Positions 27,201 to 39,800 of a stretch of 64,000 bases of DNA are shown here, one piece after another. Origin of the DNA: Phoronis australis. Lineage: Eukaryota; Animalia; Phoronida. Below the pieces are notes generated by a model, which saw only the letters and a program-made list of their open reading frames with translations, did not search any database and was not told the origin of the DNA. The translations under genes and the position numbers were made by a program. Each line of letters begins with the position of its first letter. The first letter of the stretch is position 1. Location of the stretch: assembly GCA_002633005.1 (NCBI GenBank), contig NMRA01000026.1, positions 1,133,451-1,197,450 of the forward strand. The letters run 5' to 3'.

Positions 27201-29139
27201 AAAATTTCTCAAACAAGAACTGTCCTGAAATGCTTGGAAACTTCGACTCGTGGACGCCGAAACTCGATTATTTGAGACTGCTAAGTCTAGAGAACACTTG
27301 GAGATAGTAAAATGATACATGATACTAGGTACAAGAACTTTCACCATTTGTGAAAACAGCATATAATTTAGTGATAAGGAATTTGACTAATTTGTTAGAA
27401 ATAACATAAATGTATAATTGAACAGAAAGTAGAGTGGACTGGCGACTGAATCGGGTGACTCGGGGTCATCTAGTCGCCGGAAAAAAACGGACGCAAAAGG
27501 AGGACGTTGGAAAATGTGAAGTTTGGTTGACTACCTAATAAGTTAATACATCAAAATCGTCATATCATTTATTTAAAAAATGTCCAAACGTCCCGTCATC
27601 AAATTCACTTGAGGAATGCCGCGCGAAAATGTGCAAAGCTTTGGTGTGCATGTTTTACAATCCTTGTGTCTTGCATTTAGCTTGCATCAAGATCAACTAC
27701 AAAAAATCAAATCTTGCACAAATTTTTATTATAAGCTAAGCTATAACCATTTGCACGTATCCAAACAACGGATATGGATAACAAATAAATGGAATCACGT
27801 GTTCACCAGGTTGGCGCTGATAAATATCGTTTTAAAACTGAGTGTACTTTAAAACACGGGTCTAGTTTTTTGAATTGGCCAAAACAAGAGTGCAGCGTGG
27901 AAAAGCGTGATAACCTACGAGAACCTTGTCTATCTCTTTTTGCCCGATGGCGAAACATTTTGTATCTTTCTGGAGTCCATGTAATAGCAGGGCACTTTGC
28001 CTGGAGATGCGCCTAACCTATGGAGAACATTTTGTCTTTAAGCCCCCAGGGTAAACCAAGCCGCTTTTGAAAGATTGGTAGCACAAACATAGTAAAAGTG
28101 GAGTGATAAACGACACATGTGTACATATTTGTGGTAAACAAATACACCATTTTCTTACGATTTGCCCTTTAAGGGGTACCCCGTACGTCTCATCCTACCG
28201 TTACACTGATATGAACAATCAGTCAACATAAAAGAGCTAATTGATTTTGGAATACTTGGCCACTTGCCGACGCCAATTGCATTTCCCGGGAGCATTTGGT
28301 TTTGGTCTATGCCCTGGGGGTAATCGGCTATTTTTGACGGGGCGTACTTCGGGAAAATTAGGATGCCCATACATTTAGAGAGTGGCTTCGAAGAAAGGGA
28401 GGCCTAAGTGTAGGGATTTTTCATGAAAAAGTCACCTTTCCGTGGATCTTTGTTGCACAAACATCACCCTTTTGAAGGGATTATTATCCAAACATATACT
28501 TTTTCTCAAGAATTCTTCAAACCATCTACTTAACATATTTAAGCCTGAAACAGTACAAGAGATGATACATGTTGTGTGTGCTTTTGCATACAAAATAAAG
28601 AAAATGCACTTCTGCATTTTTTGTAGAAAAATGATTTCCTTTTAGTTTTTCTAAACCACAAAGTGAACTTTTTGTAGAGAATTAAGATCAGAATACACCC
28701 TTTCATATCGAAACTTATCGTAACGTCACCCATTTGAGCGGCATGGGCAGTATAAAAGTAGGCCTACGGTATACTAGTCACTCAGTCAGTCAGAGCGGAC
28801 CCCGCCAATCGGGTATGCTCTACTAGCGGATTCGANGGGGTGGGGCGGACAACAATGTCCAAATGAGAAACGGATATCTCAGGTTGCGCCGCCATTTTGA
28901 TGGTTTTAGGCAAGAGACGACTTGGGAATTTTTCCCATCACAGAGCAGAGACAGCCCGGCCATCCCCACTTTTGAACTCTACCCTGACTTGTGGTCGAAG
29001 GAGTTCAAATTATTTCCTGCTTAGAAGCCACCTCCTTCGTCCCACTGACGCCGGGTCTGGGATCTTACGAGTGAGGATCGGCTCGGCAACTCCGGGAGAA
29101 ACAGAAACTGGCACCGCCGTTTTGGTTAGGGGTGAAGGG

Positions 29140-29409
29140 CATGCGCGTACCCAGGAGGGGGGGCTCGGGGTGGGGGCTCGAACGAGCCCCCAATTTGGCG
29201 AAGTGAGCAAAAAGGTCCACCCATCAGAGACAAAAAGACCGTGAAAATTTGACATAAGTCTACTAAATAAGTGCAAACGCGCACTTGACAGTGGTGCTCC
29301 CGTTTTTTTTTCTTTTTTTTTCTTTTTAGTCCGCCAGCTCTTTTGTTAGCAGAATGTCTACAACGTCAGGAATTCGAGCCCCCCATATTGAAGGCTGGGT
29401 GCGCGCATG
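29140..29409. mobile_element. MITE with CATGCGCG(T/C)ACCCAG TIRs and 5-bp TSD
   Basis: 15-bp TIR with one mismatch; AAGGG on both flanks; subterminal GGGGGCTCGAA / TTCGAGCCCCC. Confidence 0.8.
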
Positions 29410-32400
29410 AAGGGTGTAGCTCTTAGGAAAAAATAACCTGGATTCCTCCTGTACTTAGATGACAATCTTCTTGTTCTGTTTAGTCCAACCTTTGTCATAC
29501 CTTGTTGTCGAAATTCTGTTGATCATGACTTTCATTTTTCTCACCGATCGTCCTATTCCTGTTTCACCATCGGCGAAAATTGTCGTTCTTAGTGACACCT
29601 ATTGGAGCATGGCCTCAAAGACCGAGAAAGCGCATATATCAAGCTATCAAAGCATTTCATTATTTCCATCTAGTTCTACAAAATTGGTGATAAAATGTGA
29701 CAGTATGTTAGTCACAGACACAATTGCAGTGCGGAACAACAAAAAAGGCAACACCACTTGTTATTTTATTTACTTGCAACTGTGACCAGACGCCCACTTG
29801 AACTAGGAGGGATGTCCAGGCATAGACTATAGACGAGTATCTATGGTCCAGGGGATTCGAGCCCACTGCACGGCCTCTGTTGCTCAACCCATTATTTTAT
29901 ATCGAACCCCTCGCCTGGCGCAAGTGTAGTCCACGAATACCAAGCCCCATATTTCAAGCGGTAATAAACACGTGGTTTCTGTCAAAACAGGTTTTGATTT
30001 AAGCCATTTACCGCTATAAAATTGATCTTATCTTGCTCCTTGCCCAGTTTAGAAGAGGTCTGTGGTCTCAAGAATAATTTATACTTTGTTTTTTTTCTAT
30101 CAAGCCTAGTCCCAACCACAGTTCTTTCGATGCCCCTCTCAAATTTGACTGTAAGTGCCTTAAAACGTTTTTTACAGAAAACATGGCTTAATGTCGCTTT
30201 AACCAAACGCTACTGTGCGTGGGACGTACTAGTAGCCTGAAAGCTTATTGTCGCCAGTCATGTACTGATTTACCTTTGGTCGATATCTAATAACGCAACT
30301 TCATACCAAAGTAGCGTCATTATTATCGATTTCTAGCTTAGCCACCGAAAAATTAACAGTAAATTTTCAATTCAACAATTTCACTGAAACAACTGAAAGA
30401 CACTCCGTTTCCATGGTACAACGTCCAAGAACTGTCAAAAACTATTTGCAATGGGCGCACAACTACAAAACCACGTTGTCATTAGGAATCTTCAGCTAAA
30501 CCAGACCGGTGTTTGACATGAAGAATCGTACACAAGTAGTAACGTAACTTGTAAGGTCTTGTTTCTGATGAAGAACTTCCGTCAGTGCAAGACTGGTTCC
30601 TAGGCTGACGGTATGAATGAGCTCTAGTGCTCGCTATGACGTAGGCGTGTGCCTCGTAAATACGCAATAACACATAACGCACGCATATGGGCCAGAAGAT
30701 TTCTGTCTCCTCTTTCATCCTTTTGAAAGTGCAAAATATAACACTGTAAACAATGGCGATATTATTACAAAAATATCACACCGATTATCCTAACAACAGT
30801 TTGTGGTCGGTGGTATTTGAGATCCGTTTACACAAGTGTGGAAAACATGCGCGGAGTGTAAATCATTCACGAGTTTGGACGAGTAAAAGTGAATGATAAT
30901 AGCCCATGTGTAGGTGGAGCGCTGGGGATAATTAAAGGAGTTAGCGCGGGAAACCAGTCACAGATTGCCTTGGCCGTCTGACAACACATTAAAGACTTTG
31001 TTAAAGTCTTACAGAAGGGCTGTTGTGCATCCAGTTTTTATTGTTCTTCTTTGTTGTTTTATTGCGGTCTGTAATAAATAGATTTGTTGCTAACCGAGAA
31101 ACGTTCATACCTTCCCTGCGGGAACAAGTCCCGGGAAACAGGTACTGGCACGGTAGCGTGAGAACTCAGTTTCAGCAGAAATCTTAACTGGTTCGAAATC
31201 AAAAATAGATTCCAAGGATGCCACCCCTTTTGGTAGCAGAATCTAAATCCATCCCTATGTTCGTCTACTGTCAGACTCCTTGTTAAAGATCGGCGAACCC
31301 CGCGCCTGGGCGGAAACATGTGCCTGGACGGACACAAACACTAATTTGCGGCACACTTTATATTTTTAACTTCAAATAACCTTGTCGAATTCATATTGCG
31401 ATGATTAAAATCCGAAAATCAACTAATTTACGCAGGGAAAATAACGACATCCGACGACTCCAACCAAACTCCAGGATATTTTTAACTACAGGCACACTCA
31501 TGACATCTACCTGGCAAAGAGCGGTGTCCGTGGTAGGTTAGTGTCGCCTCCAGACAAGTTTTCTGGAGGCCAACACGTCTCAGTTTTTAGGCTGAGTCAC
31601 AAAACAGGTAATTTAACAGTTGGTTGTAGTTTAGGTGTGATGCACAGCCGAAATGTTATCACAACAAGATTTGCCTCAAGTATGCGCGCGCAACTCGAAA
31701 CAAAGCTAATTAGCATAACGTATTATATTAGACCACGGTAAATAGTTTGTTTATACATAATATTGCGAACACTTCGCCCTTTGATCATTTGTAGACTGTT
31801 TATAAAAAATACATGGCTCAAAAGAAACCTGGGGTAAATGTAAAGATTAGCATATTTCCCTTGCTTTGATAGTTCACGGCGTACAGGAATTTCACTACCT
31901 GTCGATAATTTACTCATGTTGTTTACCCAAGCAGTCATGTACTGTACATTTAGCGTAGTTCCATGAGGAATACCTAGGAGTTCTCTGAAATTCAAATTTA
32001 CCAGGAAATATGTATTTTTGCAAGCACCGACATGCCTACATGTGAAATCAATGAGAAACTAACCGTTAGCGGTCTGATTTAGATCTTCAATTGCAAACGA
32101 TAATATACTTCTGATGCCTGCATTATGAATCTTTTCACTATTTTATTTTTTCATTCGGCCTCAAAAGGAATCCTCCTCCATAAGTACTTTCACCGGCGAA
32201 ACTCCGAACATTGATACCAAAGAAAGTAGAATTACTGTTAGTAGTGGTAACCTTCAATGTTATAATTCGCCCTGGTTATCTACGATGAATTCTTAACCCA
32301 AGCGCTTAGGGGGCTTACGCAATGCCAGGCCGAATACATCGCCTGTGGATACCGCTGCCCTCCAGATGGAAGCGTTGGTGGTCCAGCAAGCAACGTAATT

Positions 32401-32713
32401 TTACTCTCATAAAATAGGTCTCATTATAAAATTTACTGTGACAGGATTTTATGACAGTGACCAACTCAAATTACAGACAATTGAGTCATGTGCAAGAGCC
32501 ATTTTCGAAAGTCGCTATTTTACAAGCCAACCCCAATAACGTGTATTCTCGAGTCGCTGTTCGATGTTCTTGTTGCTCCTGTTCAACTTACAATAAAGAA
32601 TATTACGAGGCGGACATAATGCATCAGTCGAGTTTCGTTTATAGCCAGCTAAGTAGGGCAAAATGCAGCTTAACTTGAATCATTTTACTCACATCCGTTG
32701 TTTAGTAATACAT

Positions 32714-32932
32714 CAGTGGCGGATCTAGAATAACATAAGGGGGCCTAGCGGGGGCCAAGGGTGCACACTTCTGTTCGCAAAAATCTCTCGTTGGACTAAA
32801 AAAACCGGGAACACGATTTCTGTGGTCTGCGGCTCTTACTTGCTAACCTCAATATTTCCTCACGCTTCACGTTGTTGCATTTTGCTTGCGGCAGCCAAAG
32901 GGGGGGGGGGCTTCCCCCAAAATCCGCATATG
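32714..32932. mobile_element. MITE with CAGTGGCGGAT-type TIRs and 5-bp TSD
   Basis: CAGTGGCGGAT ... ATCCGCATATG; TACAT on both flanks; G-runs near both ends. Confidence 0.7.
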
Positions 32933-35522
32933 TACATAAATAGCTATTTGTAAAGGTTCACGTCCATGAAGTTGCAGTTTTCAGGCACATAAACCTATAC
33001 ATTCGGTTTCCTATCGCCATCATCATGTATTCTGTGGTTCTACTTCACCAACACGGAGACATGTTGGTACACTTCACAAACATAAAGAACTCGATTCCGA
33101 TTTAAAAAAACGTCAAAATCAACCCCCTGCGCAAGTTGGCCCACCAGCGAAGCAATCGATAGAAAATCGTTTAACACAAGTCGTTCTGACCACACGGCCA
33201 AACAACTCAGGCCGAAACTGTTCAATAAATTGGTGTGTGTAAAGCCAGTAATGTTTACATAGTCAAAGGTCAGAATATCCCCTCCTATTATGAATTATGC
33301 TCAATTAATTAACAGCTATTGTTGACAATAATTACTTGACAATAGCTGTCAAACCGGCAGTTCGAAATCACAGACCATTGTTGAGTACAGTCGATGTTGA
33401 CGCTGGCAATAGGCATACATTGGTCCTGCCTGACCATTAAATACACTGCAGTGATAAATCGAAAAACTATACAAAATAACTTTTGGAGTAACTTGCATCA
33501 TGAAGGAGCTTCTCCATAAATTGGAGGTGTTGGGAGCCGAAATATTGAGAGAAAGAGAAAACTCTTTTCCGTAGATTCTTTTTTAACAAGAACTATCAGA
33601 ACGTTCGTTTTGATTTTACGTTTCGGTTTTCAGTACAAGCAAACTGGTGCATGTTGAATGGTAGCTAAGGCGGTCGAGATTTTTGTTATTTTCCAATGCA
33701 AAAATTATTTGATGTTAATAGAAGATGAACAATGTAGAAATTACTTCATTAGAGATGGTGGACATTATTATTCGTTTAAGTTAAGTACATGGTGCGAAAC
33801 TACATAAATTGAACGTTGTAAATTTTCAATTTCATCAAAATATACAAATATCGAACTTAAACTTATGGGCGATATCTTTAAACTTGTACCAATTTTCTTT
33901 GAAATCGCAAGTACAAGAATTGGGAATAAACACGTCTGCGGTTGATCTTCGAAAATACCTCGAGACATGGTCTAAATCTCACTAAGGGGTCTGTTATGCC
34001 GTCACTGCTACAGGCCATACGTATCCTTCAATAATTAATTTATTATTAGCATGGGAAAATCATTAGGACCGTGAAAGACCATCGATAACGTGACTGTACC
34101 AGGTTTCCCCTTTCAGTCGATGTATCGGGTTAGCCCCATGGGGTAATAATTTCGGATCGATCACAGGTCGAAAGGGCTATTTAGTATTTGATGTTTTGTC
34201 GTCTTTGCCTCAGCAGGGGTCTCATTCATTAGAAAAATATTATGAATGAAGTAGACAGCATGAATTACACTGGCAGACAACTTAATTTGCATACGTGACC
34301 ATATTTAGGCATTCGCACCATATAAGGGATATCGACCGGTTAGAAATCCGATAACTAATTAACTTGGTCAGGGGTCTATCGTCGATGAGACTAATTATTG
34401 GAATCTAATTTCCGGTGAAGAAAACAATACGTAATAAAGCCAGCTTTCTCAGACGACTGGTTCCAAGTTTTCTAATGAAGTTAAGTATCAATTAACGAGT
34501 TCATTCACAGGCCGTATAGAAGAAGATCAATTTTTATTATGAAAGCAAACATCGTCTCCTTGTCAAGACTGTACAGTAGCCAGACGGTAACCTCGTTGAC
34601 GATGGACTAAGTTGTTTAATTAGTCCAAAACAAAGTAATTATCATTGTCTGTGAACATACGACTATTGTTCCATTGTTTGGAGGAAATGAAGACAGACGA
34701 CAGTCATATGGCCGACTGCAATTGTCGTCTGCTAATAATGCATTCATGTCAAATACGAGGGATGATCACTGAGGTGTGTAACGACTAGTCATAGCCCAAT
34801 AATTCAGGACTCAGGAAAAGAACACCTTGATCTTGGGGAGATGATATGCAAACATCCATAATAAGAGATAAAAAACGCAACCTACTAAAATAAAATATAT
34901 ATATAGATATAATTATTATTAAAATTATTATACCTTGACTGAAAAAACAATCTCCACATAGTAACAGACTTGGCCATGTTCTCCACAAACACAATAAAGT
35001 AACTGATTAAACAGTCATTGTTAGTGTCCCCCTTAAAGAGGCATTATCGGTTTTACATCACAGAAAAAAACACTATTTGTTATTACTGTTGACTGGAAGA
35101 TATTTCTTGAAGATATCAGCTTTGAACAGAGCTATAAAACAATAAATATGAATCACATACTCTACTAAGCAGGAGGGACTTGTCTGAACAGCAAAGTGGT
35201 TGGCTGCAATTGCAGAGCCAGTTGGTTCCATTCTGTGCTACTGTTAATTTCTTTAAAATTACTTTTGGTGTTAGAAATGTCCTTTCAACTAGCCACTTCT
35301 TTAATACAAGCATTGATCAAGATTTACGAAAAATGAATAACAGACAATATATTGTAAAAAATACTGTATTTTTAAAAAATGACACCCACTAGTTGCAGGC
35401 ACCAATTCATTGATAAGGCCAATGATTTGAATAGTTCATTGTAATTAACACCTAATTAACCACTATTGAATAACTGCAAAACTTACTCAATTACTCAATA
35501 AGTTTTCAATAAGCATGTCTAA

Positions 35523-36030
35523 AGGCCTTTTCATACTGATTTAACTGTGGTCTGAGCGGAGCGTCAACGTAAACTGCGAAGTTAACTAAACCGCTCATAC
35601 CGGCTTCTAATCGGTACTTAACGGATATCGAAGTAAATGGCAGGTGACGCTGTTGTAATCAAAGTAATCGCAAGGTAGTGCTGCATTCCAAATTTTTTTT
35701 AACGTGACAATTTTGGGAACATTTACACGTGGCGAGATAAAACTTATTTTTAATCAGATTGGTGATTATTTGAGAAAAATATAACGAACTATTTGCGACG
35801 ACACTACCCTCTAATTGTTGACGATAACAGTGGGACCTGGCTATAACTTCGATGGGACCGAAGTTGACCGTTCATACTGCACTGCAGCGTAGACGCTCCG
35901 CTATCAAATCCACCTGTTTACTGCGAAGTTAATTGGTGCTGTTAACTTCGATCCAGGACTGAAGTTAACCATTTATACTGACAGCAACTCCCCAAAACAT
36001 CGATGCGTCAATGTTAGTATGAACGGCCCT
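35523..36030. mobile_element. PIF/Harbinger-like MITE, about 508 bp
   Basis: Imperfect 17-bp TIR AGGCCTTTTCATACTGA versus AGGGCCGTTCATACTAA (rc); 3-bp TAA TSD; related partial copy at 23996-24239. Confidence 0.75.
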
Positions 36031-36825
36031 TAAGTCAAAGTAATCAAGGGGATAACATAATCACCTCTTTATATAGTACACCCAGTCCTAACAGAATAAC
36101 AATGACCTCATGCAGAGGACAGTTTTGGTTGAGAAAATCACGTATCCAAGGTCCTTACACGACTGGAAATGGTGTGCACCTTCAAGTAAAATGTGTCGAC
36201 TGCGATCGGCAGAAATGGAAGACCAAACCTTGTTGTTTTCTGGTTACAAGAACTGGCGCACATTGGGATTAGCTTCTCGACAGTTCTGTGCACCTTTGAG
36301 ATCACATATACTGTGAACTTTACTGCAATCATTGGCAGTAGCTACTAACAGGGGTCAGAGATTTTGATTACCAGTTTGATGCCTATTATACAGTGTCAGC
36401 ACCACTATCACAAAAACACTTTCAAATTTGAAGTCTGCTAGCTTCAGGGTGTTTCAAACACCAAAAACACGATTTACTGTCTGTTACAACTGTCACTCCA
36501 TACGCATGACTGGTGCCTTTGTTGCATGCTTCTTAATCAATCACAGAAAGTTTTCATATGCAGTAAAACAAGAACAGACCCTGGTCTAATTCATCACTAG
36601 CAAGTGGCAAAACCATTTTGTCTATTAGATATTCACACAGCTCAGAAAGGTATATCCTCTATAGTGTGTCTTTTAAATGTAACACAATTGTTTCACATGG
36701 CCAAAGCACCATCAAAAACTTGAAAAAATACCAACAAGCAATTTTTTTCTGCAATACAGCAATGTTTCACAAAAACACAGCCGTCAGTCAAGTAAAATGG
36801 GCACCCGTCATTGTCCAAACAGGTA

Positions 36826-36837
36826 TCACTGCCAAAC
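36826..36837 (-). CDS. TRAF7: TRAF7 terminal coding exon VWQ*
   Basis: Long pyrimidine tract TCCTATTTTCTTTTTCAG, then GTT TGG CAG TGA; parallels the VWTC* end I recall for vertebrate TRAF7. Confidence 0.85.
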   Translation of the reverse strand, partial: VWQ

Positions 36838-39800
36838 CTGAAAAAGAAAATAGGATCAAAAGTACAGCGTACATACACTGTGCATGTACTAAGTAGTAAA
36901 CCTAACAATAGAAGTCAGTACAAGTCAATATATTTCTCATACGAAACACCTGTATTGTGCGAACAAAGTATTATAGAAAAACTAGAACTAGAAACAAAAC
37001 TGAACTAAATTTTTATTAACAGACGTGGCTTTTCAGTGGGTAGCTATATACATCACCATCATTAAAACATTTGCTTTTGTCTGGGTCACATTTGAGAGGT
37101 TGCAGTGAGAACGCCCTCCAAAATTTACATGATTACAATACTAACAAGCCAAGTGGAATTCATTGATTGCTTCTGGAGCTAGATTTGCCATCATAAAGTT
37201 GAGTTACATTGTGAAATGGCAACTTTGACTTGACCTAATTATCGATTCTAGTTGTTTTAAGTTCGCGTGAGGAGAATTTAAAAGTTATGCACACACACAC
37301 TAACATAGCTTTGACATCGACTTCTTAAAATTAAAAGAAATCATACAGAGTACTCCTATAAGTCAGATCCAACCAGGCTGAGAGATTTTATCTGAGTAAG
37401 GTGAAATCACACTTGTCTAAAGTGCTGAGTGCATGAACAACAAGAGTGAAGATCTGACTTAAGCATATCACTGTAACCGCCTCTCTCAAAGTCACCAGAG
37501 GTCACTGTGTACAGCATCACATTCCACAGAACCAAAGCTGCAAAAAGGAACATGTAGAAACCTACCTTGACCTCACTGTCGACAGAACCCGAAAACACTC
37601 GCCCTCTCAACACAGACAGACATGTGACACTGCTCTTGTGCCGGTCTAGATTCTGTGTACAGATCATGTTGTCCATGCTCCATACCTAGAAACAAAAAAA
37701 CAAAATAATGTGGTTGTGATTTTGTGTTGCACTTGAAGCTGCATTATGTCATTGTTTAATTTTCAATGCTGAGTTTTTAACCCAAGCTTCTCAAATCCGC
37801 AGCTTTAAGGTTTTCTCACTGATGGTTTTTCGGTATCTTATTCAAAGACACCAAACAGAACTGTTACCAAATGGATTCAATCTGCTCCTTAGTGGAGTTA
37901 CAAGTGATTTCCAAACTTTGGAAAAAATGACAATGGGATTTTGTACCTGGGACTGATCCCAGTTAACTGGAATGGGAAGTCAATTTTGCATCAAAACCAT
38001 TATGACTGTCAACCAGACTGAAACAGGGGGTTCTCTACCCTGGAGTTACAGCTACATAGTTCCAAAAGTTAAGTGACTAGTACAAAAAAATCTCTTGTTT
38101 AAATGGAAATACAAAGGTCTTTTCTCAAAATTACAAGAGCATGCTTAAATCCAGGTACTTATTATGATTTAAAATTTCTAGTATTTTTCCACTATTAGAT
38201 GAAAGGCATAAACATTGAAAATGGTAGCACACTACAACACACCTACATACGATAACAGGCTAAAGACGATCTTGATATTGAAAGAATTCTAGGCTAAACA
38301 GTTGGACAAGTCCTGAGCTGGCCACTTACCCTTAGAGTCCTGTCATGTGATGCACTGAACACCTTGATACCTGAGGGAGTGTTGAGCCAGGCCAGTGCAT
38401 GGACAGTGCCTGAGTGACCAGTCAGAGTGACTGTCTTCTGGAAGTTGGACAGTTCCCACACCTGCAAGAGGAAGCTGAGGGTACAACCTAGAGACAGACA
38501 AACCAGGTATACTGGGGTGCACTCAACACTACAAATAACTCGCGAAACATGTGTTGCTAGAAATCATGGGTGTTTACTATATACAGTTTCTCCCATAATT
38601 CAACAATTTGGCATGGAGGTCCAAACTTTTTCAATGGCTGCAATTTTGCTAGTTTGCACTAGTAACGCCGCAGACATACTCGTGCAACAACGAGGGCTGT
38701 AGCAGTAAAATTAAGAGGTAAGTAGGCGCCCAAAGCCTACCGTATCACATTAAGCACTGAACGTAACTTATGGTGCGTAGGCTCTACGTTCAAATGCCAA
38801 AAGGTGGTTGGCTGCGCATACCTGCGCCTACGCCCCACTACAGCACTGGCAACAACAAGAAGTGAGATTTTCCATTGCCTTAGTAGAGCATGATGTCGCT
38901 AAATTCCTCAGATACTAGCTTTAAGTAACACACTCATATACAGCATCATCATTGACAGAGTAACACCATGATGATTTATCAACATGGCAAAACATTACCT
39001 CAGAGAATATATACATCAACAAATCGTTTAATACTCCCTTTGGTAGTTATATATTTTAACATGCGTGTGCAATTCAACATCTGTCTGGTTGATAAACATA
39101 ATGTTTAACAGTTGCAATAATCAGATAATAATTTGATTTATGCAAACACCAACCTTGAGTACCACTGTTTCAAGTTACGTTCCTATGAGTATAAGTGTAA
39201 ATTTCTCTTCTATATAATCAAAATAACGGACAAAAGCATCTGATAGATTTGATAATACAACAGACTCACATTCTCCATGACAACAGGCTGTAATACAATT
39301 GCTCTAAACACAGCCATGTTAAAAATTTGTGTTCCGTTACACAACCAAGTTTTGATTTAGACCACATGTCCACACGAAATTTGTCTCAAATTGTTCCCAA
39401 GTCAAATTAGAAGTCATTTCTTGGCTTGGACAAAATGACAGTTCGTTATTGCTCGAGACTGTTGTTTGAGGCTGTTCAATTTAGCCTGTCCTGTCGAGTC
39501 ATGCTGCGTGCTCAGCATGGTCCAAAGTACCAAAGTAATAACAAATTACTAGTATCCCACAAACCACTTATTGTATGAGCTTTAAGAAGGGGAGAAAGAT
39601 ACCTCACAACTCACAAGAAAAAGTGTAAACACTTATAAGGCAGATCTATCTCTCACCTCCCCCCCCAAACCACTGAGTTGGAAAAAACCTATGGCTGTAA
39701 CAACTCACGTGAATCGCATTATCCACAGTGCCACAGAGAATGTGATGAAATGTGACTGCTATGGAATAAACACTGCCGCCAGTAATCTCCAGCTCTCGGA

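Noticed and set aside
27440-27479. Hairpin GGCGACT...AGTCGCC with CTAG as a Helitron 3' end
   Set aside because: Geometry does not match well and there is no 5' end or second copy.
28897-29276. 115-aa and 88-aa ORFs
   Set aside because: Chance ORFs across GC-rich MITE sequence; no recognisable domain.
11700-34000. Second noggin paralogue or hidden gene in the desert
   Set aside because: No Cys-knot ORF or coherent exon chain seen; small exons or lncRNAs cannot be excluded without RNA data.
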